From an uncultured Gammaproteobacteria bacterium (GTDB lineage: Bacteria > Patescibacteriota > Microgenomatia > Woykebacterales > RBG-16-39-9b), in contig CAYHXX010000001.1 in the NCBI GenBank assembly GCA_964360785.1, forward strand, positions 73,334 through 137,333: a stretch of DNA of 64,000 bases. Reading direction: 5' to 3'. Under the pieces are notes generated by a model. That model saw nothing but the letters and a program-made list of their open reading frames with translations, had not been told where the DNA came from and searched no databases. Position 1 is the stretch's first letter. Every line of letters starts with the position of its first letter. Of this stretch, positions 27,761 to 40,867 are shown one piece after another. The position numbers and the translations under genes were made by a program.

Positions 27761-30276
27761 GGCTTCTTTTTGGTAGTGGTTTTTGGTACTTCTCTTTCTT
27801 CTTTGGGTTCTTTTTTGATGGTGGTTACAGCGGAAACCTTATCGTCTTTATTGGCCAGTCTGATCAAAATAACACCTTGGGTCTGACGGGTAAGGAGTGG
27901 AACGTCTTTTATCGGAAGCTTAATGACCTGACCATTCTTTGAAGTTATCAAAAGATCTTGGTCGTTTGGTTCTATTACAATGGCCGACATTACTTGTCCG
28001 TTTCTTGAAGTTACCTCAGCTGCCTTAACTCCAGAACCAGCCCTTCCTTGCAGCGGCCAATCCGAGAGCTTGCTTTTCTTTCCAAACCCCTTCTCGGTCA
28101 CAATCAGTAACTCTCCACCTTCTGGAGCTTTGTGGGCACAAATAAGCTCATCATCTTTCATTCGAATTCCCATCACACCTGAGGTAGCTCTTCCCATCGG
28201 GCGAACATCTTTTTCAGAAAACCTAATCGATTGCCCCTTTCTGGTTGCCAAAATGATTTGATCCGCTCCACTAGTGAGTGAAACAAAATTTAGCGAATCA
28301 CCGGCTGCCAAGTTGATAGAAATAATACCGGTGCGGCGAATATTCGCAAAATCGACTAATGGGGTTTTTTTAACAATTCCCTTCTTTGTCGCCATAAAGA
28401 TGTTGCCCTCAGAAACACTTTTTGAAACGTTGAAAAGCGAAGTGACTTGTTCTCCTGGTTCAATATTAATCAAGTTGATTATAGCTTGACCTTTAGCAAT
28501 GCGCGTACCCTCTGGTAGTTCCCAAACTTTTAGTTGAAAAACCTTACCCTTATTCGTGAAAAACATCATGTTGTCATGGGTATTGGCGAGAAAAATTTTG
28601 GCGATACTATCCTCTTCTTTTAAAGTTGCTCCACTAACACCTTTTCCGCCTCTTAGTTGGGTTCGGAAGGTATCGATTGGGCTTCTTTTGATATACCCAG
28701 TTTCAGTTACTGTCACGATTACGTTCTCCGCAGGTATCAGGTCTTCCTCAGAGAATTCGCCGATGGCTTGTTTGTAAACTCGAGTTCTTCTTTCATCCCC
28801 ATATTTTTCCTTAAGTTCTTTTAGTTCAGTTTCAATAACGCCCAAAATCTTTTTTGGAGAAGCAAGGAGTTCTTCCAGATGGCGGATAGTTTTTAAAATT
28901 TCGTTATACTCGTCTTCAATCTTCTTTCTCTCAAGTGCTGCCAATCGACGAAGCTGCATATCCAAAATCGCTTGGGATTGGATTTCCGAGAGCTTGAAAC
29001 GTTCCATCAAATTATTCTTGGCGACCTCGGCATCTGCAGATTCACGAATTGTTTTGATAACTGCGTCCAGATGATCAAGCGCAATTTTCAAACCCTCGAG
29101 AATATGGGCGCGTGCTTTTGCTTGGTCAAGCTCAAACTGGGTTCGACGAGTGACAACATCTTGTCTGTGACGAATGTACTCAGTTAGAACCTGTTTCAGT
29201 GTTAGTGTCTGTGGCGCCCCGTCAACCAGAGCCACCGTGTTAACGTTGAAAGACATCTGCATGCTGGTGTGTTTGTAGAGTTGGTTGAGAATATTTTTTG
29301 GTCGGGCATCGCGCTTGAGTTCGACCACCATGCGCATACCTGAACGATCAGATTCGTCGCGGAGATCTGAGATACCTTCTAGTTTTTTGTCCTTTACGAG
29401 CTGAGCAATGCGAGAGATAAGTTGGGATTTGTTGACTTGATATGGGATTTCGGTAACGACTATTTTAAACTTGCCGCCTCGATCTTCCTCAATTTCAGCC
29501 TTGGCGCGCATTACTACCCGACCTTTTCCGGTAGCATAGGCATTGGTAATTTCAGTGATATCAAATATAGCCCCGCCAGTTGGGAAATCTGGCCCTTTGA
29601 TAAACTGCATCAAATCCTCCAGGGATGCTTCGGGATTGTTTATCAAATGGATAATGCCGTCACAGACCTCGTTGAGGTTGTGTGGTGGGATGTTGGTGGC
29701 CATTCCAACTGCAATTCCACTACCCCCCGAGAGTAATAAGTTTGGAAGCTTTCCCGGAAGATAAACCGGCTCTTTCCTGGTTGCGTCAAAATTGTCAACC
29801 CATTCAACTGTGTTTTTATCAATATCAGAAAGCAGTTCGTCGGCAATTTTTGCTAATCTCGCCTCGGTATACCGCATGGCTGCCGGCGGGTCACCATCGA
29901 CACTTCCGAAATTTCCCTGACCATCGACAAGTGGGTAACGCATTGCAAAATCCTGAGCGAGACGGACCATAGCGTCGTATACCGGACCGTCGCCATGTGG
30001 GTGGTATTTTCCAAGAACTTCTCCGACAACAGTAGCGCTTTTTCGATATTTTGCGCTGTGTGTGAGCCCAATTTCATTCATTGCGTAAAGAATTCTCCGA
30101 TGCACTGGCTTGAGACCATCCCGAACATCTGGCAAGGCTCGGGCTACAATGACCGACATCGCGTAGTTGAGATAGCTTGTTTGCATCTCTTCTACGATCT
30201 TTACATCTTTTAGTTTCCCGATTGAATTCTCGGTAAATTCCTCACTATTTACTTGTTCGTTCTCATTTTCTGCCAT
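27757..30276 (-). CDS. gyrA: DNA gyrase subunit A
   Basis: [28 protein letters not shown], GyrA-box QLRGGKG. Confidence 0.98.
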   Translation of the reverse strand: MAENENEQVNSEEFTENSIGKLKDVKIVEEMQTSYLNYAMSVIVARALPDVRDGLKPVHRRILYAMNEIGLTHSAKYRKSATVVGEVLGKYHPHGDGPVYDAMVRLAQDFAMRYPLVDGQGNFGSVDGDPPAAMRYTEARLAKIADELLSDIDKNTVEWVDNFDATRKEPVYLPGKLPNLLLSGGSGIAVGMATNIPPHNLNEVCDGIIHLINNPEASLEDLMQFIKGPDFPTGGAIFDITEITNAYATGKGRVVMRAKAEIEEDRGGKFKIVVTEIPYQVNKSQLISRIAQLVKDKKLEGISDLRDESDRSGMRMVVELKRDARPKNILNQLYKHTSMQMSFNVNTVALVDGAPQTLTLKQVLTEYIRHRQDVVTRRTQFELDQAKARAHILEGLKIALDHLDAVIKTIRESADAEVAKNNLMERFKLSEIQSQAILDMQLRRLAALERKKIEDEYNEILKTIRHLEELLASPKKILGVIETELKELKEKYGDERRTRVYKQAIGEFSEEDLIPAENVIVTVTETGYIKRSPIDTFRTQLRGGKGVSGATLKEEDSIAKIFLANTHDNMMFFTNKGKVFQLKVWELPEGTRIAKGQAIINLINIEPGEQVTSLFNVSKSVSEGNIFMATKKGIVKKTPLVDFANIRRTGIISINLAAGDSLNFVSLTSGADQIILATRKGQSIRFSEKDVRPMGRATSGVMGIRMKDDELICAHKAPEGGELLIVTEKGFGKKSKLSDWPLQGRAGSGVKAAEVTSRNGQVMSAIVIEPNDQDLLITSKNGQVIKLPIKDVPLLTRQTQGVILIRLANKDDKVSAVTTIKKEPKEEREVPKTTTKKKP

Positions 30277-30279
30277 AGT

Positions 30280-32340
<2,061 letters not shown>

Positions 32341-32392
32341 TTAGGATTGAAAAACAAGTCCCTAGTATATTAACAAACTCTACTAGATTCGA

Positions 32393-33028
32393 TCAAGTTT
32401 CATTTGGTGATTCTAGCGTCGCGATCAATGCTAGGAGTTTTTTGTTCACAGAAAAGTTCTCTGCTTTTTTTAGTTTTAGTAAAGTTTTGTTGTAACGGTG
32501 CAATTTTTTGAGTTTGGTTTTATCGACGTTTGTTTCAGTAGCAGCGATGGCTAGTTTATTCTCCCAAAAGCTTATCTGTTTCTCCAGGGTGGTTTTCTCA
32601 GTTAGTTCCAGTTTTTTGCTAAAGCTCAGATTGTCTAGTTCCAGCTTTGTAAGCTCCGTTTTCTTAGTTCCTTCGTCCAACCTTAGTTCTAGACAACGCG
32701 AAGCTATAGTAGAGAGCACACTATCCGTATTTGGCGCAGTCAAAATCAACTGTGCCTTACTTGATGGTTCTTCGAGGGTCTTCAGTAAGGAATTTTGAGC
32801 TTCAACTGTGAGATTTTGTGCTTCAAGTACCACTATGGAGCTCAATTTACTTTGGAAAGGCTGCTTATTGGCTTTTTGAATTATTTGTTTTGCTACTTCG
32901 ATTCCTCTTTCCTCATCTGTATTAACTAGCGTTATATCAAAAAGATCGCTTTGTTCTGCCGCCAGCTCGAGGGCTTTCTCGGAGCGATATTTTGGATTCC
33001 TACCTGTTATAATGGTTGAAGTAGCCAT
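32393..33028 (-). CDS. holB: DNA polymerase III delta-prime-like subunit (reduced)
   Basis: AQNLTVEAQNSLLKTLEEP, TIASRC; Walker A degenerate. Confidence 0.75.
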   Translation of the reverse strand: MATSTIITGRNPKYRSEKALELAAEQSDLFDITLVNTDEERGIEVAKQIIQKANKQPFQSKLSSIVVLEAQNLTVEAQNSLLKTLEEPSSKAQLILTAPNTDSVLSTIASRCLELRLDEGTKKTELTKLELDNLSFSKKLELTEKTTLEKQISFWENKLAIAATETNVDKTKLKKLHRYNKTLLKLKKAENFSVNKKLLALIATLESPNET

Positions 33029-33121
33029 AGATTAAGCTATTTTACCTAAAAGTTCGTTGACAGCACAAGTTGTTCCATACTATATTTAAGAGTAGCTAAA
33101 TATTACTTAGCGCTTGCCCAA

Positions 33122-34888
33122 ATGGAAGTTGCCAACAAAAGCATCGAAGACGTACTCTTCGAACAAAAAAAGATAACTGCCGATAACCGCTCGCTTATTA
33201 AGCTTGAATCTGTTAACACCGGCAAAACCTCTGAAGATATCATCAAAGAGCACAACTTTGTTTCCTCTGAAGATTTGGTGGCTGCAAAGGGACAACTCCT
33301 CGGTATTCCATTTTTCAACCCGGTCTCAAAACCAATCACAAGTGAAGTCCTTTCTCTTATTCCAGAACCAGTGGCACGCCGTTACGTTTTGATACCATTT
33401 GAACTCTCATCAGATGGTGTTTTGTCAGTAGCCATGTCGGATCCCCTTGATTTACAGGTAGTAGAGTTTGTCGAGAGGAAATCGGCAAAAAGAGTAAAAA
33501 CTTTCATATCCTCACCTAACCTAATCAATGCAGCAATTGCGGATCAATATGCCCAAAGTTTGACCACAACGGTGTCGGCAGCAGTTGAGGAGGCCTCGCC
33601 AGTCGAGGTCAAGGAAGCGCTTAAGGATCTTGATAAAGTTGAAGAAGTTATCAAAGAAGCTCCGGTTGCAAAAATTGTTTCAACACTGCTGGAGTATGCA
33701 ATGAAAGGTCGAGCCTCAGATATTCATATTGAGCCTCTAGAAGAGAAAACTCGGGTTCGCTACCGCATCGACGGTGTGTTGCAGGAACGTGTTGTCCTAC
33801 CCAAAAAAGTTCACGACGCCCTTGTTTCGAGAATAAAAATCCTTTCAAATTTGAAAATTGACGAAAAACGTATTCCCCAAGACGGAAGATTTAGTTTTAA
33901 AATTGGTGATCAAGCTGTAGATTTGCGTATCTCTACCTTGCCTACTGTCCATGGCGAAAAGATTGTCATGCGGCTTTTGCCAAAAGCAGGGTCTGCGCCA
34001 ACACTTACCGATCTGGGTCTGCGGGGTATGGGATTGAAAGTATTTGAAACCAATATTACCCGTCCAAATGGTATTATTTTGATCACAGGACCGACTGGGT
34101 CAGGAAAAACTACCACACTATTTGCTGCTCTTTCAAAAATTAACTCTCCAAAGGTGAATATTGTTACTTTGGAGGACCCCGTCGAATATCAAATTCCAGG
34201 AGTCAATCAGGTTCAAATAAATCCCGTAGCTGGTTTGACCTTTGCCTCTGGTCTTCGCAGTTTCCTGCGACAAGATCCGAATATTATCATGGTTGGAGAG
34301 ATTCGTGATTCGGAAACCGCTGGTCTGGCTATTCAAGCTGCTTTGACGGGACACTTGGTCTTTTCGACTTTGCATACCAGCTCGTCTGCTGGAGCACTCC
34401 CGCGGCTTTTGGATATGGGAGCCGAAACATTCTTGCTAGCTTCTTCAATCAACGCTGTTGTTGCTCAGCGCGTTGTTCGTAAGATTTGTGACCACTGTAA
34501 AGAGGACTATGACCCACCCGAAATTGTCGTACAAAATATCAAGACAGTTTTGGGAAACCTTGCAAACCAAGCGACAGAAAAGAAACTAGATCCGGCCGAG
34601 TCGAAAGATGTAACTGAACTTTCAGAAAACAAAAAGTTCAAGCTGTACAAAGGCAAAGGTTGTGATCAATGTGGCGATTCCGGCTACCGAGGCCGAATGG
34701 GTGTCTATGAAGTTCTGAATATTACAGAAAAGATCGGGAAGTTGATTCTTGAACGCTCTCCTAGTAACAATATAGAAAAGCAAGCAATTGACGATGGGAT
34801 GATAACTATGAAACAGGACGGTTACTTGAAAGCAATGGAAGGTTTTACGACAGTTGAAGAAGTATTGCGGGTAGCTCAGGACTCTTAA
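33122..34888 (+). CDS. pilB: Type IV pilus assembly ATPase
   Basis: ASDIHIEP, PQDGR, GPTGSGKTTT, LRQDPNIIMVGEIRD, tetra-Cys motif. Confidence 0.95.
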   Translation: MEVANKSIEDVLFEQKKITADNRSLIKLESVNTGKTSEDIIKEHNFVSSEDLVAAKGQLLGIPFFNPVSKPITSEVLSLIPEPVARRYVLIPFELSSDGVLSVAMSDPLDLQVVEFVERKSAKRVKTFISSPNLINAAIADQYAQSLTTTVSAAVEEASPVEVKEALKDLDKVEEVIKEAPVAKIVSTLLEYAMKGRASDIHIEPLEEKTRVRYRIDGVLQERVVLPKKVHDALVSRIKILSNLKIDEKRIPQDGRFSFKIGDQAVDLRISTLPTVHGEKIVMRLLPKAGSAPTLTDLGLRGMGLKVFETNITRPNGIILITGPTGSGKTTTLFAALSKINSPKVNIVTLEDPVEYQIPGVNQVQINPVAGLTFASGLRSFLRQDPNIIMVGEIRDSETAGLAIQAALTGHLVFSTLHTSSSAGALPRLLDMGAETFLLASSINAVVAQRVVRKICDHCKEDYDPPEIVVQNIKTVLGNLANQATEKKLDPAESKDVTELSENKKFKLYKGKGCDQCGDSGYRGRMGVYEVLNITEKIGKLILERSPSNNIEKQAIDDGMITMKQDGYLKAMEGFTTVEEVLRVAQDS

Positions 34889-34893
34889 GTTTG

Positions 34894-34954
34894 TGTCAAG
34901 TGTCACGTTTCATGTGTCACGGACTACTTGATACTTGTAACATGACACGTGTAA
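34894..34954. repeat. Heptamer-repeat inverted hairpin between pilB and pilT
   Basis: TGTCAAG TGTCACG TTTCATG TGTCACG ... CTTGATA CTTGTAA CATGACA CGTGTAA. Confidence 0.7.
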
Positions 34955-34975
34955 CTTAAACCGGAGGTTTAAACA

Positions 34976-36055
34976 ATGGAAATTCAAGAAATATTAGAAG
35001 AAGCATTGCGTCGAGGGGCATCAGACGTCCATCTGATGGTCGGTACCTACCCGACTCTACGTATTAACGGCGAGCTGATACCGCTTTCAAAAGCGGGTAA
35101 TCCAAATCCTGAATATATTGAAAAGTTAGTTTTTGGTCTTACCACACCGGAACAAAAAGAACTGCTTCTGACAAATAAAGAGCTAGATTTCTCCTTTGCC
35201 CTTGGTGAGTTAGCTCGATTTCGTGTCAATGCCTTCTACCAGAAAGGGTATGTTTCTGCTTCCTTGCGTTTGATTCCAGCAAAAATCCCTTCACTCGAGG
35301 AGCTACATTTACCGAAAGTTTTTAGTAATTTTTCTAAACTTCGTCAAGGACTCATTCTTTTGACTGGGCCAACTGGGCATGGAAAGTCCACAACAATCGC
35401 CTCGATCATCAATGCTATTAACGAAACCCGCGGAGTTCACGTCGTGACGGTTGAGGACCCAATCGAGTATGTCTACCCATCTCGAAAATCTCTCATCGCC
35501 CAAAGAGAAATGCACCTTGATACTCACAGTTGGGAAATTGCCCTACGCTCAGTCTTACGTGAAGACCCGGATGTCGTACTCATTGGAGAAATGCGTGACT
35601 ACGAAACGATTGAGGCTTGTCTGACAATTGCTGAGACTGGACATTTGGTATTTGCAACTTTGCATACGAACTCCGCTTCCCAATCAGTCGATCGTATTGT
35701 CGGTGTTTTCCCGGAGAACCAACAAGCCCAGATTCAAATGCAACTTTCAAATACTATGGAGGCAATTGTTTCGCAAAGACTTCTCCCCGCAGTCAAAGGT
35801 GGACGTTATCCGGCAACTGAGGTGCTGCTGGCAACAGGAGCTGTTCGCAACGTTATCCGTGAGGGAAAAACTCATTTGCTGGACAATATCATTCAGACTT
35901 CAACTGGTGTGGGTATGAATACTATGGAAAATTCGCTTGCTGGGATGGTCAAAGATGGTCGTGTCAGCCTCGATACTGCTCTTAGCTATAGTCTCAAACC
36001 AGATGATCTACTGCGAGAGGTCAAGCGTTCAGGAGGAGCGACCCAAGAGAAGTAA
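34976..36055 (+). CDS. pilT: Type IV pilus retraction ATPase
   Basis: ASDVHL, GPTGHGKSTT, LREDPDVVLIGEMRD, AETGHLVFATLHT. Confidence 0.95.
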   Translation: MEIQEILEEALRRGASDVHLMVGTYPTLRINGELIPLSKAGNPNPEYIEKLVFGLTTPEQKELLLTNKELDFSFALGELARFRVNAFYQKGYVSASLRLIPAKIPSLEELHLPKVFSNFSKLRQGLILLTGPTGHGKSTTIASIINAINETRGVHVVTVEDPIEYVYPSRKSLIAQREMHLDTHSWEIALRSVLREDPDVVLIGEMRDYETIEACLTIAETGHLVFATLHTNSASQSVDRIVGVFPENQQAQIQMQLSNTMEAIVSQRLLPAVKGGRYPATEVLLATGAVRNVIREGKTHLLDNIIQTSTGVGMNTMENSLAGMVKDGRVSLDTALSYSLKPDDLLREVKRSGGATQEK

Positions 36056-36064
36056 GGTAAACCT

Positions 36065-37264
36065 ATGCAACAATTCAACTATATAGTCAAGGATAAAACC
36101 GGAATAACCCGTAAAGGTTTGATCGAAGCAAACGACGAACGGGCTGCTTCCGCTATTTTGCACGAGCGTGGTTATGTCGTCATCAAAGTTGACGCCAAAA
36201 AGAAGGAACTTACTTTTGGACTGGGTGGTGTAGGGATTGGTCCGATTGCCAATTTTACCAGGCAACTGGCGACCATGATCAGCTCGGGACTACCCCTGAC
36301 AGAGTCTCTAGTTGTTTTGCAGAAACAGACAGATAATAAAAAGCTTCAGGAAGTAATTCAACAATTAGGTGATGATATTCAGGGAGGCAGTACTTTTGCT
36401 GCTTGTCTATCCAAGCATCCCAAAGAGTTCTCGATTGCTTATATCAATATTGTTAAGGCTGGGGAATCCTCCGGTACCTTGGACAAAGTCCTTAATAAAC
36501 TTGCCGAAACTCTCGAGAAACAGCGAGAATTTCAGTCAAAGGTTAAGGGCGCTTTTGTTTACCCGGCGATTGTTATGGTGGCAATGGCAATGGTAATGGG
36601 TGTCATATTGATATTTGTTATTCCAAAACTATCCGAGCTTTATACTCAACTAAACATCACTCTACCTTTACCAACAATTATTATGATTGGGCTCTCCAAC
36701 TTTACGGTACGGTTTTGGTGGTTAATGATCATAGCTGGCTTCGCAGCTTCGGTCGCGCTACGGCGTTACCGGGCCACCGAAGCTGGTGCTCTCGTGGTTG
36801 ATAATTTAATATTAAAAATCCCAATTATGGGAAGGCTCAATCGTGATAGTTCTCTGACTGAGTTTACCCGGACTCTCAGTTCTTTGATCACTGCCGGGGT
36901 ACCGATTCTTGAGGGATTGAAGATTTCCGGAGATGTCGCAACCAACGCAATTCACCGTCAAGCAATAGTACACGCGATTGCCCTTGTAGAAAAAGGAACC
37001 CCACTTTCCAAAGCTTTAGGTCAGGAAGATGTTTTCCCGGCAATTATTCCGCAAATGGTAGCTGTCGGTGAGGAAACAGGGAAAATTGATGATGTTCTCG
37101 CCAAGGTCTCCAACTACTTTGAGCTTGAAGTCGACCATCAGGTAAAGAATCTTACCGCCAGCTTAGAACCAATCATTATGATTGTACTTGGGGTCATGGT
37201 CGCTTTGTTGGTTATCTCAGTTATCTTGCCGATTTACTCAATGACCTCGGCTTTTGGAAACTAG
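36065..37264 (+). CDS. pilC: Type IV pilus platform protein
   Basis: FTRQLATMISSG, GESSG, YPAIV, GEETG, LEPIIM. Confidence 0.95.
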   Translation: MQQFNYIVKDKTGITRKGLIEANDERAASAILHERGYVVIKVDAKKKELTFGLGGVGIGPIANFTRQLATMISSGLPLTESLVVLQKQTDNKKLQEVIQQLGDDIQGGSTFAACLSKHPKEFSIAYINIVKAGESSGTLDKVLNKLAETLEKQREFQSKVKGAFVYPAIVMVAMAMVMGVILIFVIPKLSELYTQLNITLPLPTIIMIGLSNFTVRFWWLMIIAGFAASVALRRYRATEAGALVVDNLILKIPIMGRLNRDSSLTEFTRTLSSLITAGVPILEGLKISGDVATNAIHRQAIVHAIALVEKGTPLSKALGQEDVFPAIIPQMVAVGEETGKIDDVLAKVSNYFELEVDHQVKNLTASLEPIIMIVLGVMVALLVISVILPIYSMTSAFGN

Positions 37265-37276
37265 ATAAATACTCTC

Positions 37277-37873
37277 ATGAAGCTCCCTAAATTGCTCTCC
37301 GTACTAGTTATCTGTTTTGTGGCTGTGGTTATCTCTGTTTTTCTTCTCAACCCATCTGACCGAGCAAAACAAACAAGGGATCAACAGAGAATCACTGATT
37401 TGGAGCAGTTGAAGAAAGCACTGGATTATTTTCTCACCAAAAACGCGAAAACAAGTTCTGACACTGAGAAAATTCTCTGTACTGATTGCGATCTGGCTAG
37501 AGACGTGTTTTCTTATAGAAAGCTCGAATTGGCAGGGATAGAAACTAAAGAGCGCCACGGAAGATACGTTAATGGTACCGGTTGGATACCAATAGATTTC
37601 TCTGCCAATATGAGGATCGGTGAGACTCCCCTCTCGTTGCTTCCAATTGACCCGTTGGAAAAAGGTTATAGTATTAGAAAAACATTTCCAATTGTTAGTT
37701 TGTTTTCTACTAACAATGAAGACTACATTTATACTTTTCGGCCAGCAAAAAATGGTAAATACAAGCTCACTGCAAAGTTGGAGAGCAAAACCGGCCTTGA
37801 GAAAGCCAAAGACGATGGTGGTACATTGGACGATCGTTTTGAAATTGGTTCCGATTTAGACTTAAAACCTTGA
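37277..37873 (+). CDS. Pilin-like protein
   Basis: Hydrophobic N-terminus then NP...RDQQRITDL, LPIDP. Confidence 0.75.
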   Translation: MKLPKLLSVLVICFVAVVISVFLLNPSDRAKQTRDQQRITDLEQLKKALDYFLTKNAKTSSDTEKILCTDCDLARDVFSYRKLELAGIETKERHGRYVNGTGWIPIDFSANMRIGETPLSLLPIDPLEKGYSIRKTFPIVSLFSTNNEDYIYTFRPAKNGKYKLTAKLESKTGLEKAKDDGGTLDDRFEIGSDLDLKP

Positions 37874-38706
37874 TGATTACATTTTATTCAACAGTTTTCT
37901 TTATTTTTGGTGCTTGTATTGGCTCTTTTCTGAACGTTGTGATATTGCGTACCCATGAGAAAAAGACTCTCGATGGGCGTTCCCGTTGCCCACATTGCAA
38001 ACATGAGCTACAAACCCTTGATCTTATCCCGATATTTAGTTACCTTGCGCTGCAGGGTAAATGCCGCTACTGCAAACACAAACTTTCAATTCAGTACCCG
38101 CTGATTGAGCTAACCACAGCGATCTTGTTTACAATTGCTTTTCTCGTTTGGGGTCAGACCCTGACAGAAGAGGGTCTGACCCCAGTAAGTTTAATTGCCT
38201 TTTTATTTTCCTTATTCTTAATCTCAGTTCTGATTGTAGTTACAGTTTATGACCTGCGCTGGGGATTGATTCCTGACAAAATAGTGGTTCCCGCTTCCCT
38301 TACTGCAGTCTTTTACACCTTATTTAAATTTGGTTGGTTATTGTTTACAGATCCCAACCGTATGACCACATTGATTGATCTTGGAGTTTATTTGCTGCTA
38401 GTATTAGGAGTAGGTGGTTTCTTTGCTACCCTGATTGTTGGCACCAAAGGAAAAGGTATGGGTGGTGGCGATCTGAAGTTGTCGGTCTTTATTGCCCTTG
38501 CCTTGGGTTTTCCTCTGACGATCATAGCCTTACTTCTAGCTTTCTTGACAGGGGCCGTAGCCTCAGTTATACTTTTACTATCAGGCAAAAAAGGATTTAA
38601 GAGTCAGATACCATTTGGTCCTTTCTTAGCCCTTGGTGCCCTACTATCAATGATATTGGGCACAAACCTCTGGAGTGCGTACTTGCAAATGTTAGGGTTT
38701 AATTGA
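37873..38706 (+). CDS. pilD: Prepilin peptidase
   Basis: GSFLNVV, RSRCPHC, GKCRYC, YDL, GMGGGDLK, IPFGPFL. Confidence 0.95.
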   Translation: MITFYSTVFFIFGACIGSFLNVVILRTHEKKTLDGRSRCPHCKHELQTLDLIPIFSYLALQGKCRYCKHKLSIQYPLIELTTAILFTIAFLVWGQTLTEEGLTPVSLIAFLFSLFLISVLIVVTVYDLRWGLIPDKIVVPASLTAVFYTLFKFGWLLFTDPNRMTTLIDLGVYLLLVLGVGGFFATLIVGTKGKGMGGGDLKLSVFIALALGFPLTIIALLLAFLTGAVASVILLLSGKKGFKSQIPFGPFLALGALLSMILGTNLWSAYLQMLGFN

Positions 38707-38836
38707 TAAACTTATCTAAGTAAATGAATTACTCTGCCCGAGTACAGCAAATAAATTTTTTTTCAAAAAACAAAACTAAAAATTCTAGTGATCAGCAAAT
38801 AGTATCTTTATTTGCTTTGAAGGGGGGTGAGAACGT

Positions 38837-39283
38837 ATGATCGATCGACTTCGCTCTCACCTCAAGTCTGAAAAAGGGTTTACCCTTATCGAACTTTTGG
38901 TCGTAATTGCGATTATCGCTATTCTTGTGGTTATCGTCGTTGTAGCTATCAACCCAGTTGAAAGACTTCGGGAAGCTTCAGACCGACGGGCAGCAGCCAA
39001 CACTCGTTCAGCTGGTACCTTAATCAGCACATGTATTACTCGTGCTTTGTCTGGAGCAGGTGCAACTGCGACACTGACTGACTGTGAGTCTATTAATGCT
39101 GTAAATGCTGTTGGAGAGGGTAACTGGCCAGCAACAGCTTCCTATGCTGATGACAATGTAGCAGGTACTCCACCGACCAACATTTGTGCAATCGAGCAAG
39201 GACGTGCAGCTAGATTCTACAGATATCAAAGTGTAACTGGAGAGGTAGATGCCACTGCAACTAGTTTAACTGACTGTCCTTAG
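38837..39283 (+). CDS. Type IV pilin (likely major)
   Basis: KGFTLIELLVVIAIIAIL; strong SD GGGGGTGA. Confidence 0.9.
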   Translation: MIDRLRSHLKSEKGFTLIELLVVIAIIAILVVIVVVAINPVERLREASDRRAAANTRSAGTLISTCITRALSGAGATATLTDCESINAVNAVGEGNWPATASYADDNVAGTPPTNICAIEQGRAARFYRYQSVTGEVDATATSLTDCP

Positions 39284-39348
39284 AGTCTTTGTAGGTAACA
39301 CCCAGATTAATTGTAATAACTTATAAAATTGTTGCAATTAATTTAAAA

Positions 39349-39816
39349 TTGAAACTAATAAAACAAAGCAGAGGTTTTACTTTAATAGAGTTATTGATTG
39401 TCATTGCGATTATTGCAATTCTAGTAATAATTGTAGTTATAGCCGTAGATCCGGTAAGGATCTTGAGAGAGGCAAACGACAGGCGTAATAGTGCCAATGT
39501 CAGGTCTGCCGGGAGTTTGATAAGTACTTGTATTGCAGCTGAGTTAAGTGAAGAAAATGACCCATTTACTGTAAGTAGCTGTGCAAGTACTTCCGGAGCT
39601 GGGAGTGCTTTGAGTAGTTACGGAACAGTACCACCGACAACAGGTGACGCTGCAATTACTATCGAAGCCGCTACAGATTCAAACTTAAATGGTAAAGTTC
39701 AAATCTGTGCTTATTCAGATAATCCGGGTGGGAACGGCAATATTCGCTGGCAAAATAGCACAGGAGGAATTGAGCTTCCAGCTGCAAATCCAGCCCTAAC
39801 TTGTCCGGATATTTAA
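39349..39816 (+). CDS. Type IV pilin paralog
   Basis: RGFTLIELLIVIAIIAIL; shares ANxRSAGxLISTCI with the preceding pilin. Confidence 0.9.
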   Translation: MKLIKQSRGFTLIELLIVIAIIAILVIIVVIAVDPVRILREANDRRNSANVRSAGSLISTCIAAELSEENDPFTVSSCASTSGAGSALSSYGTVPPTTGDAAITIEAATDSNLNGKVQICAYSDNPGGNGNIRWQNSTGGIELPAANPALTCPDI

Positions 39817-39829
39817 ATAAGGAGATTTT

Positions 39830-40309
39830 ATGATAAAAATTAATAAAAAAGGTTTCACTTTAATAGAGCTACTTATAGTTATTGCTATTATCGGGGTTTT
39901 GGTTACTATAGTGGTGATCGCCATAAACCCAGCCCGTTTGATTCAAGATGCTCGAGATTCAACAAGACGTTCTGATTTGCAGCAAGTAAAAGCTTCGTTG
40001 CAGCTGTACTACAACGATTGCAAAACATATCCTCCAACTACTGCGTTTAATACACTTTTAAACGCGGGTTCTGAGATGGGCGGTACCGCCGATGCCGATG
40101 GCGTTGACGATGATGTGGCCACGACTTGTGATAATAACCAGACTTACATGAGACAATTACCTGATGACCCGGGGTTTGTCTATACACTTCTTGTGGGTGC
40201 CCAGAACTATACTCTGACGGCTGTATTAGCCAACCCAAACGATGACGATGCCGATACTATAACAAAATGTTCTCCGGCCGAAGGGAATTTTGCTGTCTGC
40301 AATGACTAA
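39830..40309 (+). CDS. Type IV pilin / GspG-like pseudopilin
   Basis: KGFTLIELLIV, ARDSTRRSDL, LPDDP. Confidence 0.9.
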   Translation: MIKINKKGFTLIELLIVIAIIGVLVTIVVIAINPARLIQDARDSTRRSDLQQVKASLQLYYNDCKTYPPTTAFNTLLNAGSEMGGTADADGVDDDVATTCDNNQTYMRQLPDDPGFVYTLLVGAQNYTLTAVLANPNDDDADTITKCSPAEGNFAVCND

Positions 40310-40823
40310 ACTGCTTTTTTCTCAAAAAGGTATCAGCGCTATTTCGGTGATTATTTTTCTGGCTGTAGTGGCAGCGGTTCTAGCAGGCTACTCCTACTAC
40401 AACCCAAGTTTTAGTCTTTCCAAATACAGTCCCCTGAATTATTTCCGGATGAAGCAAGATGATAGCAGGATTGCGGATCTGAAATCTCTGCAATCTGCTG
40501 TGGTGAAATATTACGATGAAAACAACGAAATGCCGGCTAAAGACGGGTGGTGCGGTCGGATCTCTGGCGTACTGCACCCGGAGTTTAGGGATGCTGTCGA
40601 AAATTATTTTCCCAACGCTGAGCCACCACAAGATCCGCTGCGGCCAAACTCGCCCAAAGACTATTTTTATTATCGAGTTGATCGCAGCCACTATGTCCTG
40701 ATGGCGGTTTTGGAAATACCACGGGACCAGGGTTTGTCAAAAGAACAGTACAACTTTACCGGCTGCCACGACTGGCCCGGAGACGGTTTATACAACTACC
40801 AAATCAGCAACCTAGATAACTGA
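40302..40823 (+). CDS. Pilin-like protein
   Basis: QKGIS prepilin-like site, DDSRIADL, PQDP. Confidence 0.8.
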   Translation: MTKLLFSQKGISAISVIIFLAVVAAVLAGYSYYNPSFSLSKYSPLNYFRMKQDDSRIADLKSLQSAVVKYYDENNEMPAKDGWCGRISGVLHPEFRDAVENYFPNAEPPQDPLRPNSPKDYFYYRVDRSHYVLMAVLEIPRDQGLSKEQYNFTGCHDWPGDGLYNYQISNLDN

Positions 40824-40867
40824 TACTCTACTTGCTTGTTTTCGGAGTATTTAATATCATTAAATCA

